The notes under the pieces are model-generated. The model searched no databases. It saw only the letters and a program-made list of their open reading frames with translations, and was not told the DNA's origin. The position numbers and the translations under genes were made by a program. From the NCBI GenBank assembly GCA_012295275.1, contig CM022673.1, forward strand, positions 28,148,001-28,212,000: a stretch of DNA of 64,000 nt, in the 5' to 3' direction. Each line of letters opens with the position of its first letter. The first letter of the stretch is position 1. The stretch is from Chrysomallon squamiferum. Lineage: Eukaryota > Animalia > Mollusca. Positions 24,415 through 64,000 of this stretch are shown here, in pieces.

Positions 24415-26323
24415 TTAAAGTAATACAAAATAATAAATTGTTAGTATCGTCTTTGAACCTGTATATTTAAAAAAATGTGTTTGTTTCTTTAACATTCTAT
24501 AATTTACTGTTGAAACAAAAACGACGACAACAACATCATTACCAGCAACAACGTCAACATACTGCTAACTGCTGTGCTTGCTGCATTCTTTATCTATCAC
24601 ATTCCATCAGACTCCAAACAGAGCACTAAACTTTCTTACCAAGCAGCTGACTTTTAGCGGTGAGCTTTTACAAAAAAAAAAAAAAAAGGGGCAAGAAATT
24701 AGTTCAAGAAAATTAATTTGTCTGCAGAGAATCTTCTGCCGTTAACTGATTTTCTTCCCATTAGCCATTTGCGGAATGTGCAATCAATTATTCAAGATTG
24801 TTTCCATCTGTAATATGATTATACTTTTTTTTCTACGACATTTTCCTAATTCTGTTACGATCGGTTCAGATTGTAGCTACTTTGATTTGGCGCGGAATTT
24901 GTCAAATTGCATTAGACGCACAAGCGGTATTTGGTTTAGCTTGTGAGGCGAAGACAACAGGAGTTCACACTTACCAATTCCCGAGACACATTTAAAAAAA
25001 AAAAAAAAAAAAATTCTTTGATGGCCTACTTGTAACAACCTTTTACTTCACCTTCTATTATCTTTTTCTGTCTGTCTCCATGTTGTTTTCATTTATCCTA
25101 TTCTTAACGGTGTCGATGTTTTGGTATTCAGCATGGTTATCGTAGCCATTGCAGTCGGTTAAATAATAATGTTCTGTGCATCGTCGTGTTATTGCTATGA
25201 TCATGATCATTATCGTGATCTTACAGTCGTCTTTGTCTTAAATGCGTCTCTGTGAGTTCTATTCATAGCTCTGTAATTTTAAAATTTCAAATTACCAATA
25301 CTGCAAAATGAAATTCTAACACATGCACCCTTTCATTTTCGCTCGCTCAAACAAACAAAAAAAAAAAGGTCTAAAGATAAAAGCCATCTCAGAAATAAGA
25401 AATTTTCAAGGTATCATAAAGGAATTTGATTCCTGCGTCTGTACATTGTTTAGTAAGCAATCGTTTGAAACGTGTTTATTAAATTTGTGCTTCTTGTCGT
25501 CTCTGTCCGATTTCTAACTATCCAGGTAAAGAGAGGACCAAGTCTTGGGCTGTGATAACTACCTTGTCAAATACGATAGCGTTTTACCGTTTCCGCATCG
25601 AGAACATTCAGAAACAGCAATGAACTAGGTGACTGTTTTATAATATAGTCTATATCCACATCAACTTATGACTACTGTCCTGTATTTGGATGAGAGTCTT
25701 ATGAGTACATTTATACCATCATGATAACATTTTTGTTATTGTTATTATTACTACTTATATTACGACATCGTGTTCTTCATTTCTTACTTATAAGTTAACT
25801 GTTACAGGAGAAATCTCGAATGATGGAAACCAAATTAAAGATTTCCAACAATTTACTAAATGAAACTTTTTAAAAACATACCAAAAAAGCAAAAAAGTTA
25901 TATATTTTGTGTTAATTCCAACATAAAAAAAATAAAAAAAAATAAAAAACTACTGTTAATGAATCGGTGACTAAAACAATGCGAACTCACATGGCTGGCC
26001 GAAAAGGGTGCATGCAGTTTTGTCATTTTTTGTTCTAAACTTTTCTTTAAATTAATTTTAAATTAATTTTTAATTTCCATTTAAGCAAACAGCGAACTAT
26101 ACGATACGTTGCTAAATATATTCATTCTACGTTTATTTAACAATTCATATGAACATTATGTACACACGCGTGCATTCATATATGTATGCATGTAATATAC
26201 GAAGGTATGTATGTATGTATGTGTGTATCCATCTGTCTATCTATCTGACTGTCTCTCTGTCTATCTCTCTACTTATCTATCAGTCTCTATCTATATGTAT
26301 GTCTCCCTATCAGTCTCTATCAG

Positions 26324-26396
<73 letters not shown>

Positions 26397-27276
26397 CTGT
26401 CTAACTGTCTCTATCTCTATATCTGTCTAAAAGCACTGGAACAGACCACTGTTTGGAGGCTTTTAGTGAAAGAATTTGAAAATAATCGAAGTATCCTGGT
26501 ATTTGCGCTGTCTGACCAGCCTGTTCGCAGTTTGATCTGAAAACGCCAGACCCAGGCATGACGTCATACGAAGGTTGCTGGTTTTGTTTTTTCGATTAAG
26601 CTTCGCGGAATGGCATCTGTCAGGTGTTATTTGATATGTCTCTTTGTAGGGCACGGACTGAATCAGAAATAAAAGTTTTTTTTCGTAAAGCCAGTTGTAA
26701 ACCATTGATCGGTTTGGAAATAAAACCAGAAATTCCCCGGCGTACTCTATTTCAACGGCTTTTCGCTTTTATTGATAAAAAAAAAATACAGCTCTTCTAA
26801 AATGATTAAACATTCTTTTTTTTTTTTTTTTTTTTTCAAAAAAAGGTCAGAAGCAATAATTTCTCGGGCCTTGCCTTAAATATTCGTTCCAAAAAACATA
26901 TACATAAACAAAACAGAAATCTATTATAATAATTTTTAAAAATCTATTACTTTAAATTAAATTATTCATATTAAATATTTCTGTTAAAACTGTAACTGAT
27001 TAAACCTACTGTTTAGTTAATGTAAGAAATGATTGTGTCACTTAGATATATATTTTGTCGTTAATTGGATCGTTGAATTAAACTAAAAGCAAATATCATG
27101 AATTTCTTAAATGAAGATTTATAAATGGTTATATTTTTTGGTTTTAACAGTAAATTATAGAATGTTAAACAATCTAAAAAATTTAAATGAAAGTAATTCA
27201 ACTTCTGTCGACAACAGAGGATATTTCGTTACCTTGAAAACTGAATGTTAAGTTCTTCTAGTAACATTTAACACAA

Positions 27277-27308
<32 letters not shown>

Positions 27309-28285
27309 TTTTTGGTGAAACTCTGTAGAAATATCAGAAATTTAGCCTGAAATTTAAAAAAAAAAATAAATAAATAAAAAGAATTCTTATATATACAGAG
27401 TTGTATCTCAAGAATTTGTTTTTAATGTTATTGTTATATTTTCATATTGTTATTATTATTGATGTATTTCTTCTGTTATTAAATTATTGTTCTTTTGTTT
27501 TTATTGTAGCTCTTGTCACTATTATTTCTTCATTTTTTTTCCTCATGCTTTTGTTTATTTTTTATTTTTTAAATTTATTATTATTTTTATATTTTTTATT
27601 TTTTGTTGTTGTATTTTTTTTAAAAAGTCGAAGTGAAAAAAAGCTTCGTTTTATTTTACACAGATTGACAGCAGAACGGAAATTAATCCTGAGCGAATCC
27701 CTGTTTGACATATGAAAGGAAACAGGAAGTCCGCCCAGACCGAGGCTACACGTCAATATATCAGAGAAGCAGGTGTAATGTGGCTCACACGTGACACCCT
27801 TGTTTGTTGGTTCATGAGTACACGCATTTTCCATTACTTCAGTCCTGTTAAAGCGACGGGTTTCGCTACACATGAATAACACAGAAACATTTAGTTGTCG
27901 AAAATAGAACGATTCAATACACTCATGTGCTATTTCTGTTAATATTGTGTTACGTTTTCCGAGAATAGGGGATAAAAACAGTAATAACAACAGTATTAAT
28001 ACTGTAGTTATTTTTAGTATTATTCCTACTTTTAGTATTATTCCTACTACTGCGATTAGTTTTCCTACTACTGCGATTAGTTTTACTACTACTACTACTA
28101 CAACTACTACTACTACTACTACTACTACGACAACAACTACTACTACTACTGCTTCTGCTACGACTACTGTTATTATTACTTCTTCTGTTGCTAACTACAA
28201 TTTACTTGTATGTCTATGTTGGTGTGTACATGCATTTGTTTGTAAGTATGTATTTATATATGCATGCACACACACATACACACAA

Positions 28286-28332
<47 letters not shown>

Positions 28333-29260
28333 AACATACCTACATACACACACATTATTAAATATACACTTTTTACATTGGGAGCAAATATATAATTTGT
28401 CACTGCATAGACATCTCTCTCTGTATATTTGGTGTTCCTGAACGTAATAAAAAGAAAGCACAGATTTGAGCTTGGTGACGTAATATATTCAATCCTCTGA
28501 CTAGCAAGAGTCGAGTCCTGCGAATGACGACTCGGATTCCTGGAGTGGCATCGTGTTGTCGTCAACAGCGTTTCACTTTAACAAAGTAGAAATCGATTCC
28601 ATAAACCCGGCCAATAATCCACAACTCTTAATTAATTAGAGGAATTACAGATATCATCAGAATTTGTTTGTGTAAAGACTTAGACAGCAGGGGATGCAGG
28701 ATATGATCAATTCCGCAGCATTGGTCAATCGGAAGTAAAATTGGTAGAGACATACTGGAAAAATGTATCAGAAGGAAATTACTCGACGTATAATGTGTGT
28801 TATTTAGAATATAAGTTTGCTTAAGTAAACACAGTATCCAAGCGGCAGTAATTAATACACAGCAGGAAGATTTTTCTGAAATGTATATGTGTAAATAAAA
28901 GTAAACATACTGTGAATGTTGCGAAAGTCATTTCTCAGTAGGTGCCTGTCTGTCTCTCTTTCTAGTTTTCTGTCAGTGCTTGTATGTATGTATGTATGTA
29001 TGTATGTATGTATGTATGTATGTATGTATGTATGTATGTATGTATGTATGTCTATTAAAAGTTTGATAAAAGTAAATAATTTATTATGCACACAAACTTG
29101 ACAACCATTCCAAAACTGTCATGTCGGTATAAAAATATTTTTATTTTCTTCTTCGTTTTTTCCCCATTCTTTCTTCTTCTTCTTCTTCTTAATATTTTTA
29201 TGTTTTATTTGCTGTTATTGTTGTTGTTGTTGTTGTTGTTATTATTATTATTATTATTAA

Positions 29261-29312
<52 letters not shown>

Positions 29313-29731
29313 GACAGTCACTAAATGTTAAAGAAGTATAATTTTAGCAGATAATTTCTATAAGAACTTTCTTGGAGGATCACTGACTTTGCTCTGACCA
29401 ATCTCCTTACAATTTCCATAGATTATTAAGATGAAAGTTGCTGTCATCAAAAGATTTACTCCTGTTTAAGTTCTCATCAGTTAATCGCTGCTAATTTTGT
29501 TAGATTTTTAAATGGACGTTTTACTTGCTATGCTTGGTAGAAATCCCTAGTGAAAAAATTGTCAAACATACAACGAACAAAACAAAATACTATTGTTATT
29601 AAAAATATTGTACGTTTAAAACAGAATCATTAACAGAACCATAAATATTTATCATTATAACAGTAATTTGAATCCGTATTAATTAAACAAAACAAGAAAT
29701 AACAACAACAACAACAACAACAAAACAATAA

Positions 29732-29801
<70 letters not shown>

Positions 29802-29998
29802 TATCCAAAATTAGAAAATTTGTTATAAGTAAAAATATTTTACGTAATAAAATTTTAGAAATATTATTATAACAGTAAGCATTATTTTATAACAAATACC
29901 AAGACAAGTAATACGATAAAAAATTGTCATAACAATTAATTACAATGTATGTAATAACAATTTAAAAATAAATCGTTTTTCGTAACAGGAAAAGCTAA

Positions 29999-30178
29999 AT
30001 CCCACTAATTATAATATTAAGTAGTCTACGTCATAAAAAACCATGGTTACAATAAATAATGTACGTGATAAAAAGTTTTTAAAATTGTGGTAAAACAGAA
30101 AACATTTTATGTCATAAGGAAAACATCCCACTAATTATAATACTAAATATTCTACGTCATAAGAAACCATGGTTACAA
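29999..30178. repeat. Local direct duplication of about 54 bp (ATCCCACTAATTATAATA...CTACGTCATAA.AAACCATGGTTACAA)
   Basis: Copies at ~29999-30052 and ~30126-30178 with few mismatches. Confidence 0.85.
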
Positions 30179-30876
30179 CGGTTCGTGTTCTGCGTAATCA
30201 ACAAAGGACACCACGACCTAGCAGTCGGTGTAAAACAACAATAAAACGAAAATAAATAAACTTCGGAATCGGACAAAAAATCGCTGGGCATCAGGTGTAA
30301 CTCGGCCATGCATTATAATTTTGGAAGTTAACTTCGTCTTGAAAAATCGATGAATTTTGACATTTATACAAACAGAAATGTTTTAGCCATTAACATCGGA
30401 TCGAAGTTGATAGAAGAACACTTTTGCAAGCTTGAAGTGAGGACAGCATGCACTAACTATCTATTAACCTTTGCAGCGAGGGGGCACAAATTAGCAGCCA
30501 CTGCTTAAACAAGGTTAATTGTTGATAATCATCGCCACTGCCCCACAGGATACGCTGTCGAAGTATTTAACATGTTATCTCTTCTCAGAGGCGAATATTT
30601 TCCATGATTTAGAAAGGTATTCATCATCATTACCAAAATAAAGAGAAACATGAACAGCAACGTCAAAATCAAGTGCAACAATAATAATAACATCAACAAT
30701 ATAATCAACATGACCAACAGGTGTAACTACAACAACAACGTCTACAATAGCAAGCAGCAACAGACAGCAACAACAACAACAAAATCATAGCCATGACATC
30801 ATCATATTCGATTTGGTGGTTTGAATATCCTGCATTTCAGTTAGCTTATTATAGTATTGTGTTGCTCTTGGTAATG

Positions 30877-30944
<68 letters not shown>

Positions 30945-31914
30945 CTTACAGTTACTCATATCTACCTGCCTGTATGTTTTTATGTAGATGATTGTCCGTA
31001 ACGTGTATGTGTGTTTGTATATGAGAATGTTTTTTTTTTTCTGTGTAGAATCTAGGTTCGTGAGTGGGTTTCAAATATTACAAATGCAAAACTCCGTCCA
31101 CTGAAAACGTTTATGGTTCATTAGTCCAGTCAGTCATTTGTGTATCAGTTAGTGTTGAATATATCAAATTTTGCTCTTCTGATCTACGTAAAAGTCATAT
31201 TTTCAAAAGAAGTTTGATCACGAATTCTGTTGAAGTTAATTTTATATCTGTATGAAAATGAATAGTTAATGATTCTGGTAAAATTAACTTCCAAAGTAAA
31301 GATATTTTAGCTGTCTAGCGAGCACAAGATATTTGTCAAATTATTTAAGCCAAGTGTCTTCGAAATAACCTATCTTTGCCAAAATAAAAAATAACAAATT
31401 AAAAAAAAAAGAAGGAAAAATCGTAAATTAATTTCACAAGTTCTACAAAATAAAGGTCTCGTTGCTTTGGCATTACAATTATGATTATTTTCCCTATTTT
31501 CCAGTCTGGACATTTCAAATCAGATTTAAATAATCTGTATTACTTTGTTACGAATGACATTGAACTGAAGAGGGTTGATTTGATATCCGGGTAGTGAGAG
31601 AAAGAAGAACTAAAGTCTGAATCCAATTTTGAAACGTATCTGTTGATGCAAACATTCTGCTATTAACAAAGAATGACAGAAACATGAGTTCTGCTAGGAA
31701 TTATTGATGTAGTAATTCTGTAACTCAACTACTGATGCAGAAATTCTACCACATTAATGCGGTAGACATCCTACTACTGAACTACTGATGGGAATATTCA
31801 ACCACTGAACTACTAATACAGTCATCTACTAGTGAAATACTGATAGAGACATTCTGCCACTAAATTACTGACACATACAGTTTTCTAATGTCCGGTTTGT
31901 TAGAGACAATCTGA

Positions 31915-33835
31915 CACTGAATTACTGATGAAGAGATTTTACTGCTGAACTACTGATGAAGACATTTTACTACTGAATTACTGATGAAGATATTCCACTA
32001 CTGAATTACTGATGAAGACATTTTACTACTGAATTACTGATGTAATCATTTTACTACTGAATTACTGATGTAATCATTTTACTACTGAATTACTGATGAA
32101 GACATTTTACTACTGAATTACTGATGTAATCATTTTACTACTGAATTACTGATGAAGACATTTTACTACTGAATTACTGATGTAATCATTTTACTACTGA
32201 ATTACTGATGAAGACATTTTACTACTGAATTACTGATGTAATCATTTTACTACTGAATTACTGATGTAATCATTTTACTACTGAATTACTGATGAAGACA
32301 TTTTACTACTGAATTACTGATGAGATCATTTTACTACTGAATTACTGATGAAGACATTTTACTACTGAATTACTGATGAAGACATTTTACTACTGAATTA
32401 CTGATGAAGACATTTTACTACTGAATTACTGATGAAGACATTTTACTACTGAATTACTGATGAAGACATTTTACTACTGAATTACTGATGTAATCATTTT
32501 ACTACTGAATTACTGATGAAGACATTTTACTACTGAATTACTGATGAAGACATTTTACTACTGAATTACTGATGAAGACATTTTACTACTGAATTACTGA
32601 TGAAGACATTTTACTACTGAATTACTGATGAAGACATTTTACTACTGAATTACTGATGAGATCATTTTACTACTGAATTACTGATGAGATCATTTTACTA
32701 CTAAATTACTGATGAGATCATTTTACTACTGAATTACTGATGAAGACATTTTACTATTGAATTACTGATGAAGACATTTTACTACTGAATTACTGATGAA
32801 GACATTTTACTATTGAATTACTGATGAAGACATTTTAACTACTGAATTACTGATGTAATCATTTTACTACTGAATTACTGATGAGATCATTTTACTACTG
32901 AATTACTGATGAGATCATTTTACTACTGAATTACTGATGAAGACATTATACTATTGAATTACTGATGAAGACATTTTAACTACTGAATTACTGATGTAAT
33001 CATTTTACTACTGAATTACTGATGAGATCATTTTACTATTGAATTACTGATGTAATCATTTTACTACTGAATTACTGATGAAGACATTTTAACTACTGAA
33101 TTACTGATGTAATCATTTTACTACTGAATTACTGATGAAGACATTTTAACTACTGAATTACTGATGTAATCATTTTACTACTGAATTACTGATGAAGACA
33201 TTTTAACTACTGAATTACTGATGTAATCATTTTACTACTGAATTACTGATGAAGACATTTTAACTACTGAATTACTGATGTAATCATTTTACTACTGAAT
33301 TACTGATGAAGACATTTTAACTACTGAATTACTGATGTAATCATTTTACTACTGAATTACTGATGAAGACATTTTAACTACTGAATTACTGATGTAATCA
33401 TTTTACTACTGAATTACTGATGAGATCATTTTACTACTGAATTACTGATGAAGACATTTTACTACTGAATTACTGATGAAGACATTTTACTACTGAATTA
33501 CTGATGAAGACATTTTACTACTGAATTACTGATGAGATCATTTTACTACTGAATTACTGATGAAGACATTTTAACTACTGAATTACTGATGAAGACATTT
33601 TACTACTGAATTACTGATGAAGACATTCCACTACTGAATTACTGATGTAATCATTTTACTACTGAATTACTGATGAAGACATTCCACTACTGAATTACTG
33701 ATGTAATCATTTTACTACTGAATTACTGATGAAGACATTTTAACTACTGAATTACTGATGTAATCATTTTAGTACTGAACTACTGATGAAGATATTCTAC
33801 TACAGTATTACTGATGAAGACATTTTAACTACTGA
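31915..33835. repeat. 28-bp minisatellite (TTTTACTACTGAATTACTGATGAAGACA), roughly 68 copies with GAAGAC/GTAATC/GAGATC variants and degenerate flanks
   Basis: Period 28 measured directly (e.g. GAAGAC at 32350 and 32378). A 29-bp variant with TTTTAACT occurs in the 3' half. Confidence 0.97.
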
Positions 33836-34631
33836 ACTATAGGTAAAGACAATTTACTACAATTTTTAAATTGATCTACTGATGAAAACATTTTACAACC
33901 GATCTAGACAAACTGTCATTCCATTAGTAAACTATTAAAGCAGACATTCCTCAACCTTTCTGTCATCAGCTGTAATGTTACCTTCGTTAGAACGAACTAT
34001 CATCTCTTTGTAACGGACCACAGTGCTAATGAAGATAAGGAGTTGATTTATTGAAATCATGGATGGAGATGCCTTATGATAAAACCATTGTTGTTTGTTC
34101 CGTCAAAACAAAACGGTTTAACTTCAAAGCTGAAAAACTCATCTTGGTCAAGAAATAAGATCTAAGTAGTTGATGACTTGTCGTTATTATAACTCATTAG
34201 GTTATTATCTCTCTTATTGATTATGAGCTTAGTATTCAGTGAAAACATTAGCAAGAACTGGATACAAACTGACAAAACATATAGAGGTCGTCTTTCGCAT
34301 ACAAGAACGCATATGAACAAACAACCAACGGAACTTCATAAACAACAACAACAAACAGCATCAACCATCACTACACCTATTACTAACCTTCTAACAACAA
34401 CAAAAAGAAGAACGATTATAAATAAATAAATAAATAAGTAAATAAATAAATATATTAATTAATTAATAAAAGAATTAATGACAAATAATCAACTAAAGCA
34501 AAAACCTAAATCCTTATAGTGATAAAGCTACAAAAGCATACATTTAATAGTTTTATATAGTCTAACTTTAAAAATATATGCAAGAGGATGCACCGAATGT
34601 TGCAACATAAATTTTGTGATGTACATCCATG

Positions 34632-34695
<64 letters not shown>

Positions 34696-35149
34696 AAATA
34701 AACATAAAATAAATATGCAAAATTATATCGGCCGTCCAATTGGCATAGCAACAGAATTTCTTCTCTTATCATAGTTACAAGAACATCTTTTGACAAATAT
34801 CTGTTAGTATTAAGAAGTACTAAGGCGTAGTTAAACAAAATAGTAATTATTTAATTAAACCATTAATTCATTCATGCATATTTTCATTCACTCACTCACT
34901 CATTCATTCATTCAGTTCTGAATTCGTTCCCACAAAGAGCGTTCATCAATATTATTGAACAAATGCATAGAAAAATTGTTCAGTGTGATACAATTATGTT
35001 CTGTAATGTTGAAATCAGTTTAAGTAATATTAGAGGAATGCAAAGCTGGTGAAACAGTTTCGCCTGAGTAATAAGATAATGCTGTGTTCAAGTGTACTGA
35101 AGTGAAACGTGAAAATGAATAGATTGCAATAAGCACGTGTTATATCTAG

Positions 35150-35310
35150 AAGAAAGGGTTTATTTAAAGACGTGTCTAATCCTCGGATGTACGCATGGTT
35201 AAATAACATGCACACACTTAGAGGAAACCCGCAGTTGTCACGCGACTGCGTACACTTTTTCAAGCAGACTCAACAGATCTTTAATTTGCATGGACTGGAT
35301 AAAGCAAATG
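35150..35310 (+). mobile_element. Degenerate interspersed repeat fragment (SINE-like)
   Basis: Shares AGAG.AAA...TTGTCAYGC...AGCAGA(C)TCAACAG blocks with 57150-57360. Family assignment is uncertain. Confidence 0.35.
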
Positions 35311-35319
35311 TAGGTTTTC

Positions 35320-35378
<59 letters not shown>

Positions 35379-35428
35379 AATTATTATTATTATTACTATT
35401 ATTATTAAAATTATTATTATTATTATTA

Positions 35429-35471
<43 letters not shown>

Positions 35472-35472
35472 A

Positions 35473-35505
<33 letters not shown>

Positions 35506-36449
35506 GTCGTTATTGTTATTGTTATTATTATCATCACCATCATCATCATCATCATCATCATCATCACCACCATCATCATCATCATCATTATTGTTTCTGT
35601 TGTTGTTTTTTCGTCGTCGTTGTTATTATTAATATTAATATTAAAGATGATTAGATTTAAAACATTTTTATGGTGTCATTTATCATAAGAAACAAAATAT
35701 TTTTTTATGTACATTACTCCACAGAAAGGAAAACACAGCCTTTACGTATCTTGTACGTCTTTACACTACTTGTGTCCTGTTTATCAAAGTTGTAATTTAG
35801 TCATTTCAAATGTTTTTATTATTACCTTTGATAGCTATGTAGAGATTGTTCTTACTAACCATACTTGTTCCATACGATTTACCATTCAACAACAACAACA
35901 ACAACAACAAAAATAAAATAAAATAAATAAAATGAAAATAAAATTTAAATTAAAAACAAAAAATAAAGAAATAAATGAATAAAAAAATAAAAATAAATAG
36001 AAAAATAAATAAATAAAAAAAAGCTAAAAATTAAAATATAATTAAATCAATGAAACAGTTAATCAAGACACAAAAGCACACATTTTAAACTAGTAGTCAA
36101 TTCTGTACCAGGATTTTCAAAACGATAATAACTCGTTAACTAATGCTGGCTTTATTTTGTTTGTTTTACACAGCAAGGACCGTACCCTAGTTTCATCTAA
36201 CTCCTATCTGCTCTACACTCAGATGAGTCGAATCACGTTCCAAACTTAAAAAACACTTAAACATTATCAGCCAATGGCTAGTTCATTTGTCACAATACCA
36301 TGCACTTGAAAAAGTCTTTCATTGTGCAGAAAGTAAAAGAAAGAAAAAAAAATTAACATTGCCACTTACAGCATTGATCAGCCAAACATGGTATTATACA
36401 TCAATATCACATTGACACGGATTTTTTTCTTTCTTTTTCTTATTTTCTT

Positions 36450-37503
36450 GCCAGCAGCTGGAATCTCGTCAGCATTTGGGAAGGCGAGTCTTGCTGTCAT
36501 GACATGATTTAATTACCGTCTGGAACGCTAAACCGATGATACGGCAACGGAAAGACGGAATTCCGAGATCGCTGTCGTGAATTTCTTTCCCCGTGCTTTT
36601 CCATTTCACGGCAGGGCGGTTTTCAAAAGGCGGAGCGTAAAACAAGGTACAAGCGATTCTGTGTCTGACTCATCGACTGTTTCGACGTGTGAAATCTACT
36701 TCATTCTTTGAGAACTCGTGTAGAACAACAAAAAAAAAAAAAGGTTTTATCTGAAACTACATTTTTTTTTTTTAAAAGTCAGTTTTTCAGAAATTTCAAA
36801 TTCAGTTCTTTTGTTTATGAAATGTTAATTGCGCGCAAAATGTCTTCGAACCTTTTAGAAATATTCAGACTGGATGGAAAAATCGTAATCTAGAGATGTA
36901 AAAGAAACCAGTGTACAAAAGTTGATTAATCAAAAGAGAGAGAAACGGCAAGAAAAGAAAAAGGATAACAAAAAAAGAACAAAAACTCAAGCCAGACTAG
37001 AGGATAAACACGCAGAGCAAAGTAAACGCGTAGAGTCGAAACGAACGCGGAATCTGTCGAGACCAGCCTCGCTGCAGTGACAGATAAAATGACTGATCCC
37101 GTGTAGTCGCTAGAAACAGTGGATACTCAAGCTCGCGCGGGAAAATATCAATTTTTCCTAATTGTGTTTAGACGAAACTGTCGTAGATGGAGTTCTGTCG
37201 TGCCAGAGAGAACGCGACGTTGTTTGTGTGTGCGGCGCAACTTTAGTGACATCGAATCGTCGTCGTTGTTTGACGTCGGTGGGAGTTTTCGGAAGCGGGT
37301 TGTTGTCGAGAAAGATTACATTAACCTACACTGCTATTGTGATTTTATTATTGTTTTATTGTTTTTAACATCCTCCTGTGTGGATCTGATGTAACGGAAT
37401 ATTTGTGAGTTTTGTTTTTTCACTGCAAATTTTTTGATTTTGTTTTTGTTTTTGGTTAATTCGGTTTGTGTCTTTTTGGGGTTGGAAAACAGTCGTAGCG
37501 AAA
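36450..37503 (+). promoter_or_regulatory. CpG-rich putative promoter / 5'UTR of the SLC1A gene
   Basis: Raised GC and CpG content immediately upstream of ATG 37504. The TSS cannot be located from sequence. Confidence 0.5.
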
Positions 37504-38021
37504 ATGGATTCCCCGGAAGATACGATGAAGGTGAACACTCACGTAAGTGTTGCCGTACCCGCAGAAAACCGCGGGTTTCTGGCCGGGATGAAGCGATGTG
37601 GAATAAGATGTCTGAAAGGCTCAAAAGACAATTTCATTCTCGTTCTGCTCCTGTTTTCCGTTATTTTCGGAGTCGGAATGGGTTTCCTCGTCCGTTCTGT
37701 GGCCCCGACGTTCACGAAACGGCAGATCATGTACCTCATGTTTCCCGGAGAGATTCTCATGCGGATGCTGACGATGTTGATCCTGCCTCTCATTATTTCC
37801 AGTCTCATCGCCGGCATTGCAGGCCTCGACGCAAAGACGTGTGGCAGAATGGGTCTCAGGACTATTGCCTACTTCGCCACGACCACAATCATAGCCGTTA
37901 TAATAGGCATAATCATGGCCACGTCTATACGTCCCGGGGGAGGGGCAGATAGATCAAAAATAAAAAGATACGGCTCGGCTGCGAAAGTCAACTCTGTTGA
38001 TACATTTCTTGATCTCATAAG
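37504..38021 (+). CDS. SLC1A-family (dicarboxylate/amino acid:cation symporter; excitatory amino acid transporter-like) first coding exon, TM1-TM3 region, phase 2 end
   Basis: Hallmark sequences FPGEILMRML.MLILPLIISSLI.G.AGLDAK..GRMG.R...YF.TTTIIAVIIGI....IRPG and DTFLDLIR; aaaATGG start; AG|GTAAGT donor. Confidence 0.96.
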
Positions 38022-63413
<25,392 letters not shown>

Positions 63414-63456
63414 AAATTTATTTCCTGATAATCTTATCGAAGCTTGTTATAACGCA
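63414..63456 (+). CDS. SLC1A second coding exon, 43 nt ((R)NLFPDNLIEACYNA), phase 2-0
   Basis: Long polypyrimidine tract plus CAG, GTGAGT donor, conserved N(L/M)FPxNL..AC motif of SLC1A transporters. Confidence 0.95.
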
Positions 63457-64000
63457 GTGAGTACAATAACTTAAAAAATGATGGTTCTAAGATTTACTGT
63501 TCTCGTTTCGAGTTCTCCACGACAGTTTGTGTACCCAGAGGTCGTGTTAAACTATGTCTTGTATGAGGGGACATGCAGGAAAAAATATGTTGCTGAACTC
63601 AGTAGAATTAGTCTATAGTGGCTTTCCTCTTTAACATATATATATATATGTATGTATGTATGTATGTGTGTATGTATGTATGTGTGTAGAAATACTAAAA
63701 AACAAAACAACAAAAAAAAAAAAAGAAGAAAGAAATATACCTCTCTTGCTCCTTCTCCTACTACTTTTAATACTGCTATTGTTATTATTTCTGATAATAA
63801 CAACAACATTTGCTGCTGTTACTACTACTGATACTACTACTACTACTACTACAACTACTAATAATAATAACAGCACTTAATACAACTTTTATTACTATGG
63901 TAATATTATTATAACAACACCAACAACGACAACACAACAACAACAACAACAACAACAAATATAATAATTATTAGCTATTTAATTTTTTTTTAGAATTGCG

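Noticed and set aside
31915-33835. CRISPR-like array (28-bp repeats)
   Set aside because: Units are head-to-tail with only three recurring 6-nt variants and no unique spacers. There are no cas genes and the context is eukaryotic, so it is a minisatellite.
37434-37952. 172-aa overlapping ORF and antisense ORFs over the SLC1A exon
   Set aside because: Shadow frames of a GC-rich coding exon with no recognisable motifs.
63994-64000. Possible start of SLC1A exon 3 after TTTTTTTTTAG
   Set aside because: Only 7 nt are visible, which is too little to support a call.

Overview
AT-rich, microsatellite-dense animal genomic DNA. It looks like an invertebrate, possibly a mollusc, but that is an impression only. 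Almost every ORF in the supplied track is a microsatellite or low-complexity artefact; the real genes are spliced and were assembled by hand from splice signals and phase continuity. Three + strand genes are supported. Gene A (about 110-2868) has 5 exons and encodes a ~150-162 aa protein of unknown family. Gene B (about 4081-14840) encodes a 332-aa Cys/Gly-containing protein of unknown family, built from a repeated module of a phase 0-2 exon, a phase 2-1 'G..GG.W' exon and a 5-nt microexon; three 5-nt microexons are needed to keep its frame. Genes A and B share an 86-nt G..GG.W exon and look like divergent tandem paralogues. The third gene is an SLC1A-family glutamate/neutral amino-acid transporter: a 518-nt first coding exon (37504-38021), a 25.4-kb intron and a 43-nt second exon (63414-63456), continuing past the window. 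Also present are four minisatellites (41, 26, 36 and 28 bp units), a small TIR element (MITE), degenerate interspersed-repeat fragments, a recent intragenic duplication and several regulatory motif clusters. I found no CRISPR array, rRNA or tRNA.
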